DNA of 64,000 nucleotides, taken from sequence record NC_042081.1; one strand, 5' to 3'. The position numbers and the translations under genes were made by a program. The notes beneath the pieces are model-generated. The model had not been told where the DNA came from, made no database searches, and worked only from the letters and a program-made list of their open reading frames with translations. How positions within the stretch are numbered: the first letter of the stretch is position 1; every line of letters starts with the position of its first letter. Below are positions 29,389 to 39,968 of this stretch, piece after piece.

Positions 29389-29772
29389 TTACTCATCTAG
29401 TAATACAACTACACCAAACAGACCTTTTGTATCCATTGGCACTGTAATTAATACATGTCCATTTGGATATTTTTCTTTAAAGCTATTGATAAAGTCGGTA
29501 CAATATTCAATAACATATCCTTTAGTAGAATAATTCTCTAACTCAATATCTTCGTCAGGATCATCAAATGAGTCATGTCCATACATCAGCATATGGATAT
29601 ATATGTCATTATTAAGCGTATCCATATAACTTAACTTACGTGATTCTTCAAATAAATCAAGTGGTGTTGGACAATCTGGATATATCATTCGTTTTGTATA
29701 TTCACGAAGCAAATGTTGCGAATATATTTCTGACTCTTTAGATTTAAATACGATAAATACTCGTTTTTCCAT
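29389..29772 (-). CDS. Hypothetical protein (gp48 position)
   Basis: 127-aa ORF in operon. Confidence 0.7.
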   Translation of the reverse strand: MEKRVFIVFKSKESEIYSQHLLREYTKRMIYPDCPTPLDLFEESRKLSYMDTLNNDIYIHMLMYGHDSFDDPDEDIELENYSTKGYVIEYCTDFINSFKEKYPNGHVLITVPMDTKGLFGVVVLLDE

Positions 29773-29844
29773 ATCGGTTCCTAGTAGGAAGCCTATGTGA
29801 ACCGATAGGCTTTCCTATTTACGTCAATTGTTAATATGTGTCAC

Positions 29845-30381
29845 TTAATCCACATCATTGTAGCAGTCCATACCAAAGTCTTCACCTTCTAGAATATAAC
29901 CTTGATTATGTTGATCAACTGCTATTGATTGGATTCTTTCTACACCATATCCATTCTGATAAAGATACGCTATTTCAGATTGTAGTTTACTAGCCAGTGT
30001 TTTACACACAGCTGCAAACCACATATTAAGAATACTCAATGCATATTTATCTTGCATAATCACAGGTGCTACCGATGGAAAGTATTCTTGTAAATAATAG
30101 TCAACCCCTATAATTGGTTGAGTAGGCTGTTGCGCTAGAAATTCAATATATGAATTAATTGCCTGATACCATAATTGTTCTATAGACTGGTGTTCAGTAT
30201 ATGGGTAAGGGGTATTGTAAGATTTATTGACAACTACATCAGCCATTTTATTAACAATGGGCCAGATATCACTGATGTTAATAACTACGAAACTCGTCAT
30301 TCCTTGTTGACCTGGAGTTATGTTATTAGCATCATTTATCCGCTGCATTTCTTGTTGTCTATAAAGAAGTGGATGCATCAT
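29845..30381 (-). CDS. Hypothetical protein (gp47 position)
   Basis: 178 aa; start overlaps the upstream stop. Confidence 0.7.
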   Translation of the reverse strand: MMHPLLYRQQEMQRINDANNITPGQQGMTSFVVINISDIWPIVNKMADVVVNKSYNTPYPYTEHQSIEQLWYQAINSYIEFLAQQPTQPIIGVDYYLQEYFPSVAPVIMQDKYALSILNMWFAAVCKTLASKLQSEIAYLYQNGYGVERIQSIAVDQHNQGYILEGEDFGMDCYNDVD

Positions 30382-30812
30382 GTTTGAGACCTCATAACTA
30401 ATTTAGTTACCATCTTATATTTATCTACTTCTATACATTTAAGACTAGTAATAAGATTACCTGCTTGAATAACTTGTTTTTGGATTATCTCTAGGAAATC
30501 AGTTCCAAATAAATCCAATACCCTTTCGATAATCTCAGCAGATCTTAAGTGCCAATTGATAGTATTAGGATTTCCCTGATGATCAAATACCATCATGCTC
30601 ATCGGTCTATCTGGTTCTATATAGGTATCGCTTAAGTAATCTTCTAACCATTGCTCTAAAAAGGTAGGCCAATCTAATCTCTGCCAGTGGTTAAAGTATT
30701 CTACATATGCTGCTAGAAGTCTATTAATACACCATAGTACAAAATCAGTCGGCTCACCTACACCTAGCTCTTCCGTAAAAGAACGCGGTTTCAAAATTAG
30801 CAACAATTGCAT
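30378..30812 (-). CDS. Hypothetical protein
   Basis: 144 aa; GGAG RBS. Confidence 0.7.
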   Translation of the reverse strand: MQLLLILKPRSFTEELGVGEPTDFVLWCINRLLAAYVEYFNHWQRLDWPTFLEQWLEDYLSDTYIEPDRPMSMMVFDHQGNPNTINWHLRSAEIIERVLDLFGTDFLEIIQKQVIQAGNLITSLKCIEVDKYKMVTKLVMRSQT

Positions 30813-31269
30813 ATTGACTCCACTCTTTACCAGTGACTATAGTTAATAGAACAACTTTATTATCTATTACTCTAATGAACTTATAGTCTATTAAATTCTT
30901 CGGTGTTCTATGTAGTAATTGGATTCCAGTTGTATAGAACAAATTAATGAACTCATCCCAATCTGGACCATTTCCTAGTTGTATTGATATATCCACAAAA
31001 GGAATAACCGTATTATCCTGTTGTAATTTAGACATCATCTTAATAACCCATTGAGTTAATAAGACGATGACTGTAGCTTCATCTTTATTTGTTAGGTAAG
31101 TAAATTTCTTTATCAATGTGATTAATTGTGGGAATACCACTTCGATTGGCAATACATATACCAGACGTTGTACTTCCTCCGATGTACAATCCATCTCGTG
31201 CTTCTGTTTCATACCACAGTTCCTTAGTATTTGTTGGAATGAGGTGCATGATCTGCTCAGCACCCTCAT
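30754..31269 (-). CDS. Hypothetical protein
   Basis: Start uncertain (MKQKHE at 31212 has AAGGA RBS); overlaps neighbours. Confidence 0.6.
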   Translation of the reverse strand: MRVLSRSCTSFQQILRNCGMKQKHEMDCTSEEVQRLVYVLPIEVVFPQLITLIKKFTYLTNKDEATVIVLLTQWVIKMMSKLQQDNTVIPFVDISIQLGNGPDWDEFINLFYTTGIQLLHRTPKNLIDYKFIRVIDNKVVLLTIVTGKEWSQYAIVANFETAFFYGRARCR

Positions 31270-31537
31270 CGAGAAGTTCTATTAGTTTATGCATGAAATG
31301 AATGTCTTTAGCATATTCATAGAACATTTCTTCTTTAACGACCATTTGCATAAGCTTCTGTTCTGCCAATGCAACAAGCAAATGCATTGCTTCGATATAA
31401 CTAATATCTAAAAAGTCCAATACAAATCTTAGATAGTTATCATCTTTAATAAGTTTACTTTTAGTCGCTCTTAGTAAAAAACGAGGTTGTGGTGTGGGTA
31501 ATGGTGACGTATAGATCTTCTGGTTTCTCAGTATCAT
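31085..31537 (-). CDS. Hypothetical protein
   Basis: 150-aa ORF. Confidence 0.6.
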   Translation of the reverse strand: MILRNQKIYTSPLPTPQPRFLLRATKSKLIKDDNYLRFVLDFLDISYIEAMHLLVALAEQKLMQMVVKEEMFYEYAKDIHFMHKLIELLDEGAEQIMHLIPTNTKELWYETEARDGLYIGGSTTSGICIANRSGIPTINHIDKEIYLPNK

Positions 31538-31850
31538 AAATAACCCTATTTAACTGGATGTTACCAGCTGATGGTAGAACTACCCGGTTAGAACAATTAT
31601 ACAGATAAGTTGTTAAATCAATATCACAAATATCCCTATAACCCAGCATCTGATTAATTAGTTCTATGACATCATTAGATGTACCACCTGATGCTCTCTC
31701 AGACGCTGCTGCCAATACAATTGTTAATGCATATTCTGCACCAATACTATTTTTTATAGATTTCCAAATATCAGAATGTTGGTCTTGTACAAAAGATCTT
31801 ACTTCCATTCTGATACACATTGATGTGTCTTTATCATTAGATATGTTCAT
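31461..31850 (-). CDS. Hypothetical protein
   Basis: Track start 31886 lies inside a terminator hairpin; ATG 31850 preferred. Confidence 0.6.
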   Translation of the reverse strand: MNISNDKDTSMCIRMEVRSFVQDQHSDIWKSIKNSIGAEYALTIVLAAASERASGGTSNDVIELINQMLGYRDICDIDLTTYLYNCSNRVVLPSAGNIQLNRVIYDTEKPEDLYVTITHTTTSFFTKSD

Positions 31851-31900
31851 TATAAAAACCTTATAATCGGTATAAAGCCCCCCCATAAGGAGGGCTTTAT

Positions 31901-32974
31901 TTAGTATAGATTATTTTCTAAAATGTATCGCTCAGCTTGCGCTCGCTGATCATCAGGTAAATAATCACCACGTTGATATTCAAATACTAATTTCTCAATA
32001 GGATAAGTTGCATTCTTATTCTTGTATACAGAAATTACATAGCTATGATACTCTAGTTCATACTTAACGTCATGCTCAATTCTGGTTGAAAAATATGCCA
32101 TATTAATAGAACTAACTAGAGGGCTAATATATTTCTCTTCAAATAGAATTAAATTATCAAGTCCTAAATTTGCAAAGAAATCATGGTTAACCTTAGGTAT
32201 TAGATAAGATACTTTAATATTACTATATTGTTTAACAATTACACCAATAAGTAATGCAGTTAACTGTTCTTGAATATATTCTACTGCGATGTTATATGCA
32301 TGGTTAGTAGTGATGTGGTCTTTATTTAAAGTATAGCTACTGGCACTAGTAGTAGATAGCTGAGTTTTACGCCTAGATTCATAGATGCTATAACCTAGTG
32401 TTTGTAAATTAATTTTGTCAAAGCCATGGAAGAATGTACGGAGAAATTCACTAAATAAATAGTTTAATGGGTTCAGTAGGTTAAGTGATACCACTGCATG
32501 ATCATCACCATTATCAATCCCATGGATACGATCATATTCCGCGATTCGATAATCTTTACCACTGATTAAAGTTATAACTGAACCAGCTTTAACTACATCC
32601 CATTGGATCCATGTACCACTATCGATATATTTAGCTACTTGTTTATAGATATCTAGATAGATAGTTTCTAGATAAGGTAGTTTCATTAGATTTTCTACCC
32701 AAGCAACTTTATTACTATCTACGTCAGTTACAGCACAATTAAAAATAGCTGCTGCCATCTTAAGATTGGTGTACTGGTCTTTGGCTGTTTTATATGAAAC
32801 TAAACTCTCTACTATATTTTCAACCATTAGATGTAAAAACTGTTGAGCCACATCTTTACTCAATTTCACCCCAATCGCTTCATCAATTGAAGCTGAAGCT
32901 GTAAGCTGACCTAGTAAATCGTATATTGCTTTTTCTTGGTGGCGTGTATCAAGTACAATGAGCTTATTCGACAT
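31901..32974 (-). CDS. Hypothetical protein, possibly two-domain
   Basis: 357 aa; GGAGA RBS. Confidence 0.75.
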   Translation of the reverse strand: MSNKLIVLDTRHQEKAIYDLLGQLTASASIDEAIGVKLSKDVAQQFLHLMVENIVESLVSYKTAKDQYTNLKMAAAIFNCAVTDVDSNKVAWVENLMKLPYLETIYLDIYKQVAKYIDSGTWIQWDVVKAGSVITLISGKDYRIAEYDRIHGIDNGDDHAVVSLNLLNPLNYLFSEFLRTFFHGFDKINLQTLGYSIYESRRKTQLSTTSASSYTLNKDHITTNHAYNIAVEYIQEQLTALLIGVIVKQYSNIKVSYLIPKVNHDFFANLGLDNLILFEEKYISPLVSSINMAYFSTRIEHDVKYELEYHSYVISVYKNKNATYPIEKLVFEYQRGDYLPDDQRAQAERYILENNLY

Positions 32975-32987
32975 TATATTTCTCCAA

Positions 32988-33416
32988 TTAATTTTTTGGA
33001 ATAGCGATCCAAACTGTGTTCTTTAACCGATAGAATATTACAAACTTACCTGCATTTACTCTAGGTATAATTTTTAATATATCCCAAAGATCAGATGCGG
33101 CTTCATGATTATCATGAAACCATTGGATTTCTTGAGGGGTATTGTTTATTGGGCTATATCCAGTAGTATACATGAATTCAAAAGAGTCAATAGAGTATTT
33201 AAAGAAGTCATCAATTAAGCTGTCCTCTACTGATTTAAATATATGCCCTAATGTACCATAGTCATCTGGATGTATTCCAAAGCTTTGGCACCTAATTGCT
33301 AAACGCGCATTTATTAGCTCTTTTGGTGATCTTGGTACTAACTTGGCTATTACCCTCGTTACATCTATTACATACAGGTCAGCTACTTGGGGAGTAGTCA
33401 CAGTACAATCTCTCAT
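32988..33416 (-). CDS. Hypothetical protein
   Basis: 142 aa; first gene after the promoter at 33433. Confidence 0.7.
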   Translation of the reverse strand: MRDCTVTTPQVADLYVIDVTRVIAKLVPRSPKELINARLAIRCQSFGIHPDDYGTLGHIFKSVEDSLIDDFFKYSIDSFEFMYTTGYSPINNTPQEIQWFHDNHEAASDLWDILKIIPRVNAGKFVIFYRLKNTVWIAIPKN

Positions 33417-33432
33417 TAAATGTTCAGGAACA

Positions 33433-33456
33433 TGATATAGATCTAAAAATATTTTT
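33433..33456 (-). promoter_or_regulatory. Early-type promoter (TATATCA variant)
   Basis: AAAAATATTTTTAGATCTATATCA. Confidence 0.6.
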
Positions 33457-33543
33457 AGTCAAATCTGTTCGTGGTAAGCCGATGTATATTATACCTTAGT
33501 TGGGTATTATCTCCATCGAAAAAACGCGTACAGCGCATTATAG

Positions 33544-34353
<810 letters not shown>

Positions 34354-34377
34354 AAAAAAATAAAAAAAAGACATAAT

Positions 34378-34398
34378 GCCCTCCCATTGCGGGAGGGC
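34378..34398. terminator. Bidirectional terminator
   Basis: GCCCTCCC-ATTGC-GGGAGGGC. Confidence 0.8.
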
Positions 34399-34461
34399 TT
34401 ATGCCATTAAGATAATATCTAAATAACACTATATTTAAAAACATACTGGTATAACCCATCA

Positions 34462-34767
34462 TCAATTAATACTGTTGAGAATCTTTTTGATGAGATCACC
34501 AGGTGCAATACCAATACCTGAACAATACCGTCTAAAGTTATTACATGGTTGACATGCTTTCTTTTCAACGATATTTAATTCAAAGCAAATATTACCACGT
34601 GAATCTAGAATGGATATAAATGCTTTGTTACCTGTTACGCGATATGTCTTACCGAATACAACAGTTGTTTTATATGCAAGGCTATTCATGATTATTCCTT
34701 TAACATGGATTATTATCATGTTTGTAATATAGCCTTTAAATGTATTTAAATATTTATTAAACCCCAT
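34462..34767 (-). CDS. Hypothetical protein
   Basis: ORF in an overlapping chain; true start probably MNSLAY. Confidence 0.5.
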   Translation of the reverse strand: MGFNKYLNTFKGYITNMIIIHVKGIIMNSLAYKTTVVFGKTYRVTGNKAFISILDSRGNICFELNIVEKKACQPCNNFRRYCSGIGIAPGDLIKKILNSIN

Positions 34768-35044
34768 AGCGATGAGCTATATATGTTTTTAATACCTCAT
34801 ACGCCTTATCAGTTGCCATGGAGCTATTGACAAAATCAGAATGATCAATCTTAATAATCTTACCGAATGAATCATAATCAATAGTTGTAACCACTATTCG
34901 ATCACTATCACGAATCAATAGTTTATTTTTATTTAAAACAAAAATATTCCATTTCTCACCATCAGTTAAAATAACATCCTCATCTTTAAGATTAAGACGA
35001 ACAAACTGTTTTACATAAATACTTAACTGAGCAACTGTTGACAT
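34757..35044 (-). CDS. Hypothetical protein
   Basis: 95 aa. Confidence 0.6.
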   Translation of the reverse strand: MSTVAQLSIYVKQFVRLNLKDEDVILTDGEKWNIFVLNKNKLLIRDSDRIVVTTIDYDSFGKIIKIDHSDFVNSSMATDKAYEVLKTYIAHRYGV

Positions 35045-35355
35045 AATGATTTCTCGATATCTGTTAATGAACTGATCATATCTTGGATATTAATGGTAAT
35101 AACATTTTTATAAGTTAAATAAGTTGGATATGAACCCATAAATGTAATAGTCCCACAGATATGATTTTTATATCTAATATCAACACATCCGTCATATCTC
35201 CAGATAAAATCAAATGATCCTTTAGTGTGGTGTTCAAGTGAAAGAATAGAACCACTAACTAATTTAGGATATTGTTCAAATTCAGACATTACATAATCTG
35301 CCAGTTCCTTAACCTCAGGATAATCAATCAATAATAGCATATACGTAAATCTCAA
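35023..35355 (-). CDS. Hypothetical protein
   Basis: 110 aa; start overlaps the upstream stop. Confidence 0.6.
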   Translation of the reverse strand: MRFTYMLLLIDYPEVKELADYVMSEFEQYPKLVSGSILSLEHHTKGSFDFIWRYDGCVDIRYKNHICGTITFMGSYPTYLTYKNVITINIQDMISSLTDIEKSLCQQLLS

Positions 35356-35825
35356 TCAGTTAATATAACACCCCATCCAGGGTGGACTCTTTCGAAAAAT
35401 GGTAATGTATTATTTCGTATACTGTCTGCATCTATATTTGGAATGTGGATGGTACAACAGTGGGGGTTACTGTCAATCTTGAAATAGAAATTATCTTTTA
35501 AATCTTCAACCTTGGATGTTTGCAATGGATATAAAATACCATTCCCCCAAACATACCAACGTCTATACAGCTTATCGTTTAACCGCTTCTCAATAACCGA
35601 ATGCGATTTGAAACGAGGAACTCGCAAACGCATCCCGTTTACTTCAGCCCATTTGTCTACCCGATCATAGCTAATAATTCCATCCTTAACCATTACAAAG
35701 ATAAATCCCTCAACTATGTTGGGGAGACGAACTACGTGTTTCAGAACCATAGTAAACGGAGATAACGTCAGATCAAGTTCAGCTGCCATTTGCTCGTCGA
35801 GCTTTTTAGCAGTGTTCTTTGCCAT
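35352..35825 (-). CDS. Hypothetical protein
   Basis: 157 aa; AGGAG RBS. Confidence 0.7.
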   Translation of the reverse strand: MAKNTAKKLDEQMAAELDLTLSPFTMVLKHVVRLPNIVEGFIFVMVKDGIISYDRVDKWAEVNGMRLRVPRFKSHSVIEKRLNDKLYRRWYVWGNGILYPLQTSKVEDLKDNFYFKIDSNPHCCTIHIPNIDADSIRNNTLPFFERVHPGWGVILTD

Positions 35826-35864
35826 CGGTTATCTCCTAATATACAGATTATTAATTATCGCTAG

Positions 35865-36347
35865 TTATTTAATATCTGCAAAATTCTGATTTACTTTACC
35901 CATAAAAATACCATCGGCTCTATCGTCATAATAAAGCTTCCCTGCTTTAGCATTACATAAAACTCCATAAATGTGACCATTGTAACCATCAAAATTAAAT
36001 AAAGATGGATTATGCGGTACATGAATGAATCCCATTTTATCGCACAGAAACTTAGCTACAGCAGCCGATCGGCTAATACCTGCCTCACAGTGTACGAATA
36101 GGTGTTGACCCTTACCAAGAGCTTCACAGAAGGAAATAATACGTTGTGCATGCCGATGATCAAATAGATCATAAGAAGAATCAACATAATCCTCAATGTC
36201 ATCAACATTGATACGTAAATAATTAAGATGTTTTGCTGAATAAAGTGGGACTCTACCTTTCTCCAGTAGACAGATCATATTTCTAGGGGAATAAAATGAT
36301 TCAGCTACATGCAAAGGAATATAAGTAACTGTATTTACTGGTTTCAT
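35865..36347 (-). CDS. Cys-dependent (PTP/dual-specificity-like) phosphatase
   Basis: P-loop VHCEAGISRSAAV (HCx5R). Confidence 0.8.
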   Translation of the reverse strand: MKPVNTVTYIPLHVAESFYSPRNMICLLEKGRVPLYSAKHLNYLRINVDDIEDYVDSSYDLFDHRHAQRIISFCEALGKGQHLFVHCEAGISRSAAVAKFLCDKMGFIHVPHNPSLFNFDGYNGHIYGVLCNAKAGKLYYDDRADGIFMGKVNQNFADIK

Positions 36348-36375
36348 ATTACACCTCGTTACAAAAAAAATAAAA

Positions 36376-36393
36376 GGAGCCCCGAAGGGCTCC
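36376..36393 (-). terminator. Terminator after phuZ
   Basis: GGAGCCC-TTCG-GGGCTCC plus U tract. Confidence 0.85.
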
Positions 36394-36401
36394 AGTATAA
36401 G

Positions 36402-37385
36402 TTAATCGAATACAAGACCACTACTAGTTGCTTGGTCATCCACATCTAGAGTAGACTGACGCTTACGCATATTAGCTTTGGCTCGATTCATCATTTCACG
36501 ACGTTCTTCTAATCGCTTACGAATATCTTCAATAGATAGGCCATTGATCACAAAATGCATTTGATCGAAATCATATTTTTCAGGATCAGCATAACCAGTA
36601 GTACGAGTTAGAACTGTACTAATTGATACATCGCGATCAGGATCAGTGTATAGTGAAGCAATAGAAATTGGATCCAGAATAGCCTGAGCTTCTTGACGAT
36701 CGAAACACACGTGTAATTGGACAGTCTGTACAGGTACATCATGGTGCTTATGGAAGTGTGCCCAGTTAGTGATATCCATTAGATCAAGACTTTGGTGTTC
36801 TTGATTAAATAGAATTACTAGTGCATTTAGTACTTCAAGAATGTTTTGGTTCACCATTGATTGCGGTATACCTTCAACATTCTCATGATAGTTAATAATC
36901 ATCGGAACTTTACTAACAGAGGAAACCCCTTCAAACGTCTTAAGGCTACCACTACTATTTCGAAGACTAATATCACTGTCGTAAGATCCAATGACTACAC
37001 TTACAACTACTTCACCTTGTTGTTGTAGATGACTAACAAGGGAAGGACCAATAGTTGAACCAGAAGCGCCACCCATTGAATACACTACAATGTTAGCATC
37101 CCCTGCTGGGAAATGATGGGCAATGGCAGGAATGTGTGAAGAGATTAGTTCTGCGGCTGCCTTACGATCTTTACCCATACCGATAGCCCGTTTACGTGCG
37201 GACTGGTCAGCTAGCTTAGTATCCGCTTCAATAATGATCGTATTATCATCAGTATTATGTTTGTGTTTATTTTGTACACTGGTATCAATGTAGCAAACAT
37301 CCTCATGATAGCCATGGAATAGTTCACCAATACGGAAACCAGCACCACCACAAAAGTAAATTCGAGTTTTTACTTTAGACATCAT
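36402..37385 (-). CDS. phuZ: Phage tubulin PhuZ (gp39)
   Basis: 327 aa; CGGAG, IDTS and GGASGS tubulin motifs; C-terminal tail LDVDDQATSSGLVFD. Confidence 0.95.
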   Translation of the reverse strand: MMSKVKTRIYFCGGAGFRIGELFHGYHEDVCYIDTSVQNKHKHNTDDNTIIIEADTKLADQSARKRAIGMGKDRKAAAELISSHIPAIAHHFPAGDANIVVYSMGGASGSTIGPSLVSHLQQQGEVVVSVVIGSYDSDISLRNSSGSLKTFEGVSSVSKVPMIINYHENVEGIPQSMVNQNILEVLNALVILFNQEHQSLDLMDITNWAHFHKHHDVPVQTVQLHVCFDRQEAQAILDPISIASLYTDPDRDVSISTVLTRTTGYADPEKYDFDQMHFVINGLSIEDIRKRLEERREMMNRAKANMRKRQSTLDVDDQATSSGLVFD

Positions 37386-37435
37386 TACACCTCATTGTGT
37401 TTAATATAAATTCATATACCAACTTGTAAATGGTA

Positions 37436-37948
37436 TTAGTGCTTAAAAGTAACGATCTCTTCATGAGTTCGTTCTTGATGAACAATTAATTCATTAACCA
37501 CTTTACCAATATCTGATTTAAATTCAATTGCAAGCTTATCTCGACACATATAGGTTTGCCAAGTGCCACCTGACTTAACACAATCAATAATCATGTTTAG
37601 TACATTCTTAACTTCAATCTTACTGACTTTATAACGGTAGATACTTAGAAGTTCAGTAAGCCATTTCGTTTTTGGGATTTTGGCATTTTTACGTTCTTTA
37701 GAAATATCAAAAGGAATTAATGCAATGATCTCACCATCTTTGTTGGTGAATTCGAATACCATACCTTTTGTATTAGCTAAAGGACGAATATTGTAATTAC
37801 CTTTAGCACGGCATACTTCTTCAGATAACTTAACTAACCTATCTAGTTGAACATCAGATGCATGAATGTTATCTTCTTTAAATGCTTTCTTTAGTTCATC
37901 ATGAGTTAGTGGAGTACGTACTAGAGTGTAATCTTTCTGTTCAGTCAT
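37436..37948 (-). CDS. Hypothetical protein (gp38 position)
   Basis: 170-aa ORF. Confidence 0.7.
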   Translation of the reverse strand: MTEQKDYTLVRTPLTHDELKKAFKEDNIHASDVQLDRLVKLSEEVCRAKGNYNIRPLANTKGMVFEFTNKDGEIIALIPFDISKERKNAKIPKTKWLTELLSIYRYKVSKIEVKNVLNMIIDCVKSGGTWQTYMCRDKLAIEFKSDIGKVVNELIVHQERTHEEIVTFKH

Positions 37949-38195
37949 TTTTCATTTTTTCCAATTTTTCTATTTTCAAATTAAACGGTATTGGCTTTTT
38001 ATAGCCAATCCCTTACTACTAAAAGTATTAGATTCTCGAACTAAGGATGGGTTATACCCCTTCTCTAATAATAAGGAATATTATATGGGACCCCCCCAAA
38101 GGGTCCCCCCCACATAATATACTATTTATATAATTTTCTTTTTAGAAGAAAAGAGATAAATAAGAGAAATACAGTCTATTAAAGTAATGAATTTC

Positions 38196-39017
38196 TCAAA
38201 AATTAAATAGTACACCGCCCACAAATTTCGCCGGAAGGTCCTGCCGGACAACTGTTCGGATGTGCGGGAGTAGTGGGTTTTTCAAAAATACCTGCATTGC
38301 AGTTGAATTGAGTGGTTGATTGTAACGTACGATCTTAATAGTAAATAGAACTTCCTCAACATCTGGATGACATCCTTCAAAACTAAAATATACTTCGGTT
38401 CGATCAATAAACTGATACATTTCTACAGCTGGTTCAGTTGGCTCTTTGAAGGCCAGCTTATTAGTGAAATAATCAGTATATGCTAGGATTAGGTTTTGTA
38501 CATTTACTGCATTCTTTTTATCAACAAGAAATTCAAATTCTTCAAGATTATCCGTTTTGAAAATACCTTGATAAGATGATGACTTAATTAACTCATCGCT
38601 AATATCATCAATGTGTACGCCTGGCATAAATTCAATTACTGGTAGAATAAGTTTATCATATCCCACACAGTCAGCAATATGAATTCCAATTACATTGCCA
38701 TCTCTAATGTATTCGTCGTCACCGAAAATAACGACACCAGCCGCTAGATATAAATTATCAATATATTTCAGATTCTCTGCAATAATACGAGATAGCACAT
38801 ATTCACGCACCATGGCATTATCTGGACTTGATTGAGGTTTAAAAGTATGATAGGTGTCATAGTTACCCATTGTGGCACACCTAACAAAAACTGAATTATC
38901 CACTGGATCATAAACCCATTGAATAGTGATGTCCTCTAATTTATGTGGATGAAATGAACCATCCAGCTTAGATAGTGATTGGCGTTGTTCTTCCCAGGTG
39001 ATGTTAAATTGAGTCAT
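38196..39017 (-). CDS. dip: Dip, RNA degradosome (RNase E) inhibitor (gp37)
   Basis: 273 aa, MTQFNITWEEQ...PAKFVGGVLFNF recognised from phiKZ Dip; two genes from phuZ. Confidence 0.85.
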   Translation of the reverse strand: MTQFNITWEEQRQSLSKLDGSFHPHKLEDITIQWVYDPVDNSVFVRCATMGNYDTYHTFKPQSSPDNAMVREYVLSRIIAENLKYIDNLYLAAGVVIFGDDEYIRDGNVIGIHIADCVGYDKLILPVIEFMPGVHIDDISDELIKSSSYQGIFKTDNLEEFEFLVDKKNAVNVQNLILAYTDYFTNKLAFKEPTEPAVEMYQFIDRTEVYFSFEGCHPDVEEVLFTIKIVRYNQPLNSTAMQVFLKNPLLPHIRTVVRQDLPAKFVGGVLFNF

Positions 39018-39052
39018 TTTTCTAACCTCTTCATTTATTAAAAATAATACAC

Positions 39053-39865
39053 TTATTTTACTTTAGCAGTTGATACTTCACATACATTAACTAATTGTTC
39101 AAATAACGGTTCATTATCTGGATCATTAACTAATTTTGATGTATTAATAATAATACCAGAATACAGCATATCAGCTACATCTCGATCACTTGTTTTACTA
39201 GTTACACCTTCCCATCTCCATCCATAGTAAATTAAATCAAATGATGAACCAATGTTAAAGGTTGATTGAATAAATTTGCATGTACCATTTTCTTTTAACC
39301 AATCAGGCCTATATGGTTCATTTTTATAAAATTCATGCATGAGTACTTTAAAATCAGTTTTAATGTTTTCATGAATAATGCAATCAATAGAATCAAGAGC
39401 TTCATCAAGAGCTGATTTAGACTCAATAATTATTTCTGATACATTGGCAGATTTTAGTGTAATCATGCCTAGTTCATCTGAGTGTGCTCTTCCGATTTGA
39501 AATACATTGAGCTTACCAATTGGTAAGGTGGCTTTTAATGGCAGATTAGTATAGTGAGATACATCGCTTTTATAACTGTCTTCATATGACTCAATTAAAT
39601 TAAGCCATGCTCTTTCAATACGTGTATTCTCAAAATGCTGTTCTTCTTCTAGTAGTCTAGAAATTAGATGATTAATGTATTGAACATTATGGCCAGTGCC
39701 TGTAATTGAATTATATTTCGTATTACCGGTAATTCCCCATTTATTATTTTCTTTATTTATCCAACCGTAGATTACACTGTTTTTAGGATATTTATTTTTA
39801 AAATTATCGTATATTTCTTTTAGATGTGGATTAGGGGTAAAACTAAAAGTAGTTGATTCAGTCAT
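39053..39865 (-). CDS. Hypothetical early protein (gp36 position)
   Basis: 270 aa after an early promoter. Confidence 0.75.
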   Translation of the reverse strand: MTESTTFSFTPNPHLKEIYDNFKNKYPKNSVIYGWINKENNKWGITGNTKYNSITGTGHNVQYINHLISRLLEEEQHFENTRIERAWLNLIESYEDSYKSDVSHYTNLPLKATLPIGKLNVFQIGRAHSDELGMITLKSANVSEIIIESKSALDEALDSIDCIIHENIKTDFKVLMHEFYKNEPYRPDWLKENGTCKFIQSTFNIGSSFDLIYYGWRWEGVTSKTSDRDVADMLYSGIIINTSKLVNDPDNEPLFEQLVNVCEVSTAKVK

Positions 39866-39905
39866 TATAGATACCTATTTGAATATTGTTTATTATTGCA
39901 AATTA

Positions 39906-39930
39906 GTAATATAGATCTTAAACTTTTTTT
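39906..39930 (-). promoter_or_regulatory. Early promoter
   Basis: Exact TATATTAC plus A-tract. Confidence 0.8.
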
Positions 39931-39943
39931 AACTCAGCATAAA

Positions 39944-39961
39944 GCCTCCCCTAGGGGAGGC
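39944..39961. terminator. Terminator (perfect 18-bp palindrome)
   Basis: GCCTCCCCTAGGGGAGGC. Confidence 0.75.
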
Positions 39962-39968
39962 AATATGT

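Noticed and set aside
31085-31269. Overlap of more than 100 nt between two minus-strand ORFs as overprinting
   Set aside because: Start codon uncertain, and the overlapping tail of the upstream ORF may be a non-functional extension
35865-37385. phuZ-phosphatase operon
   Set aside because: A strong UUCG terminator with U tract lies between them
38196-39017. Apparent N-terminal divergence of Dip from the phiKZ protein
   Set aside because: Based only on a remembered sequence; needs an alignment before any claim
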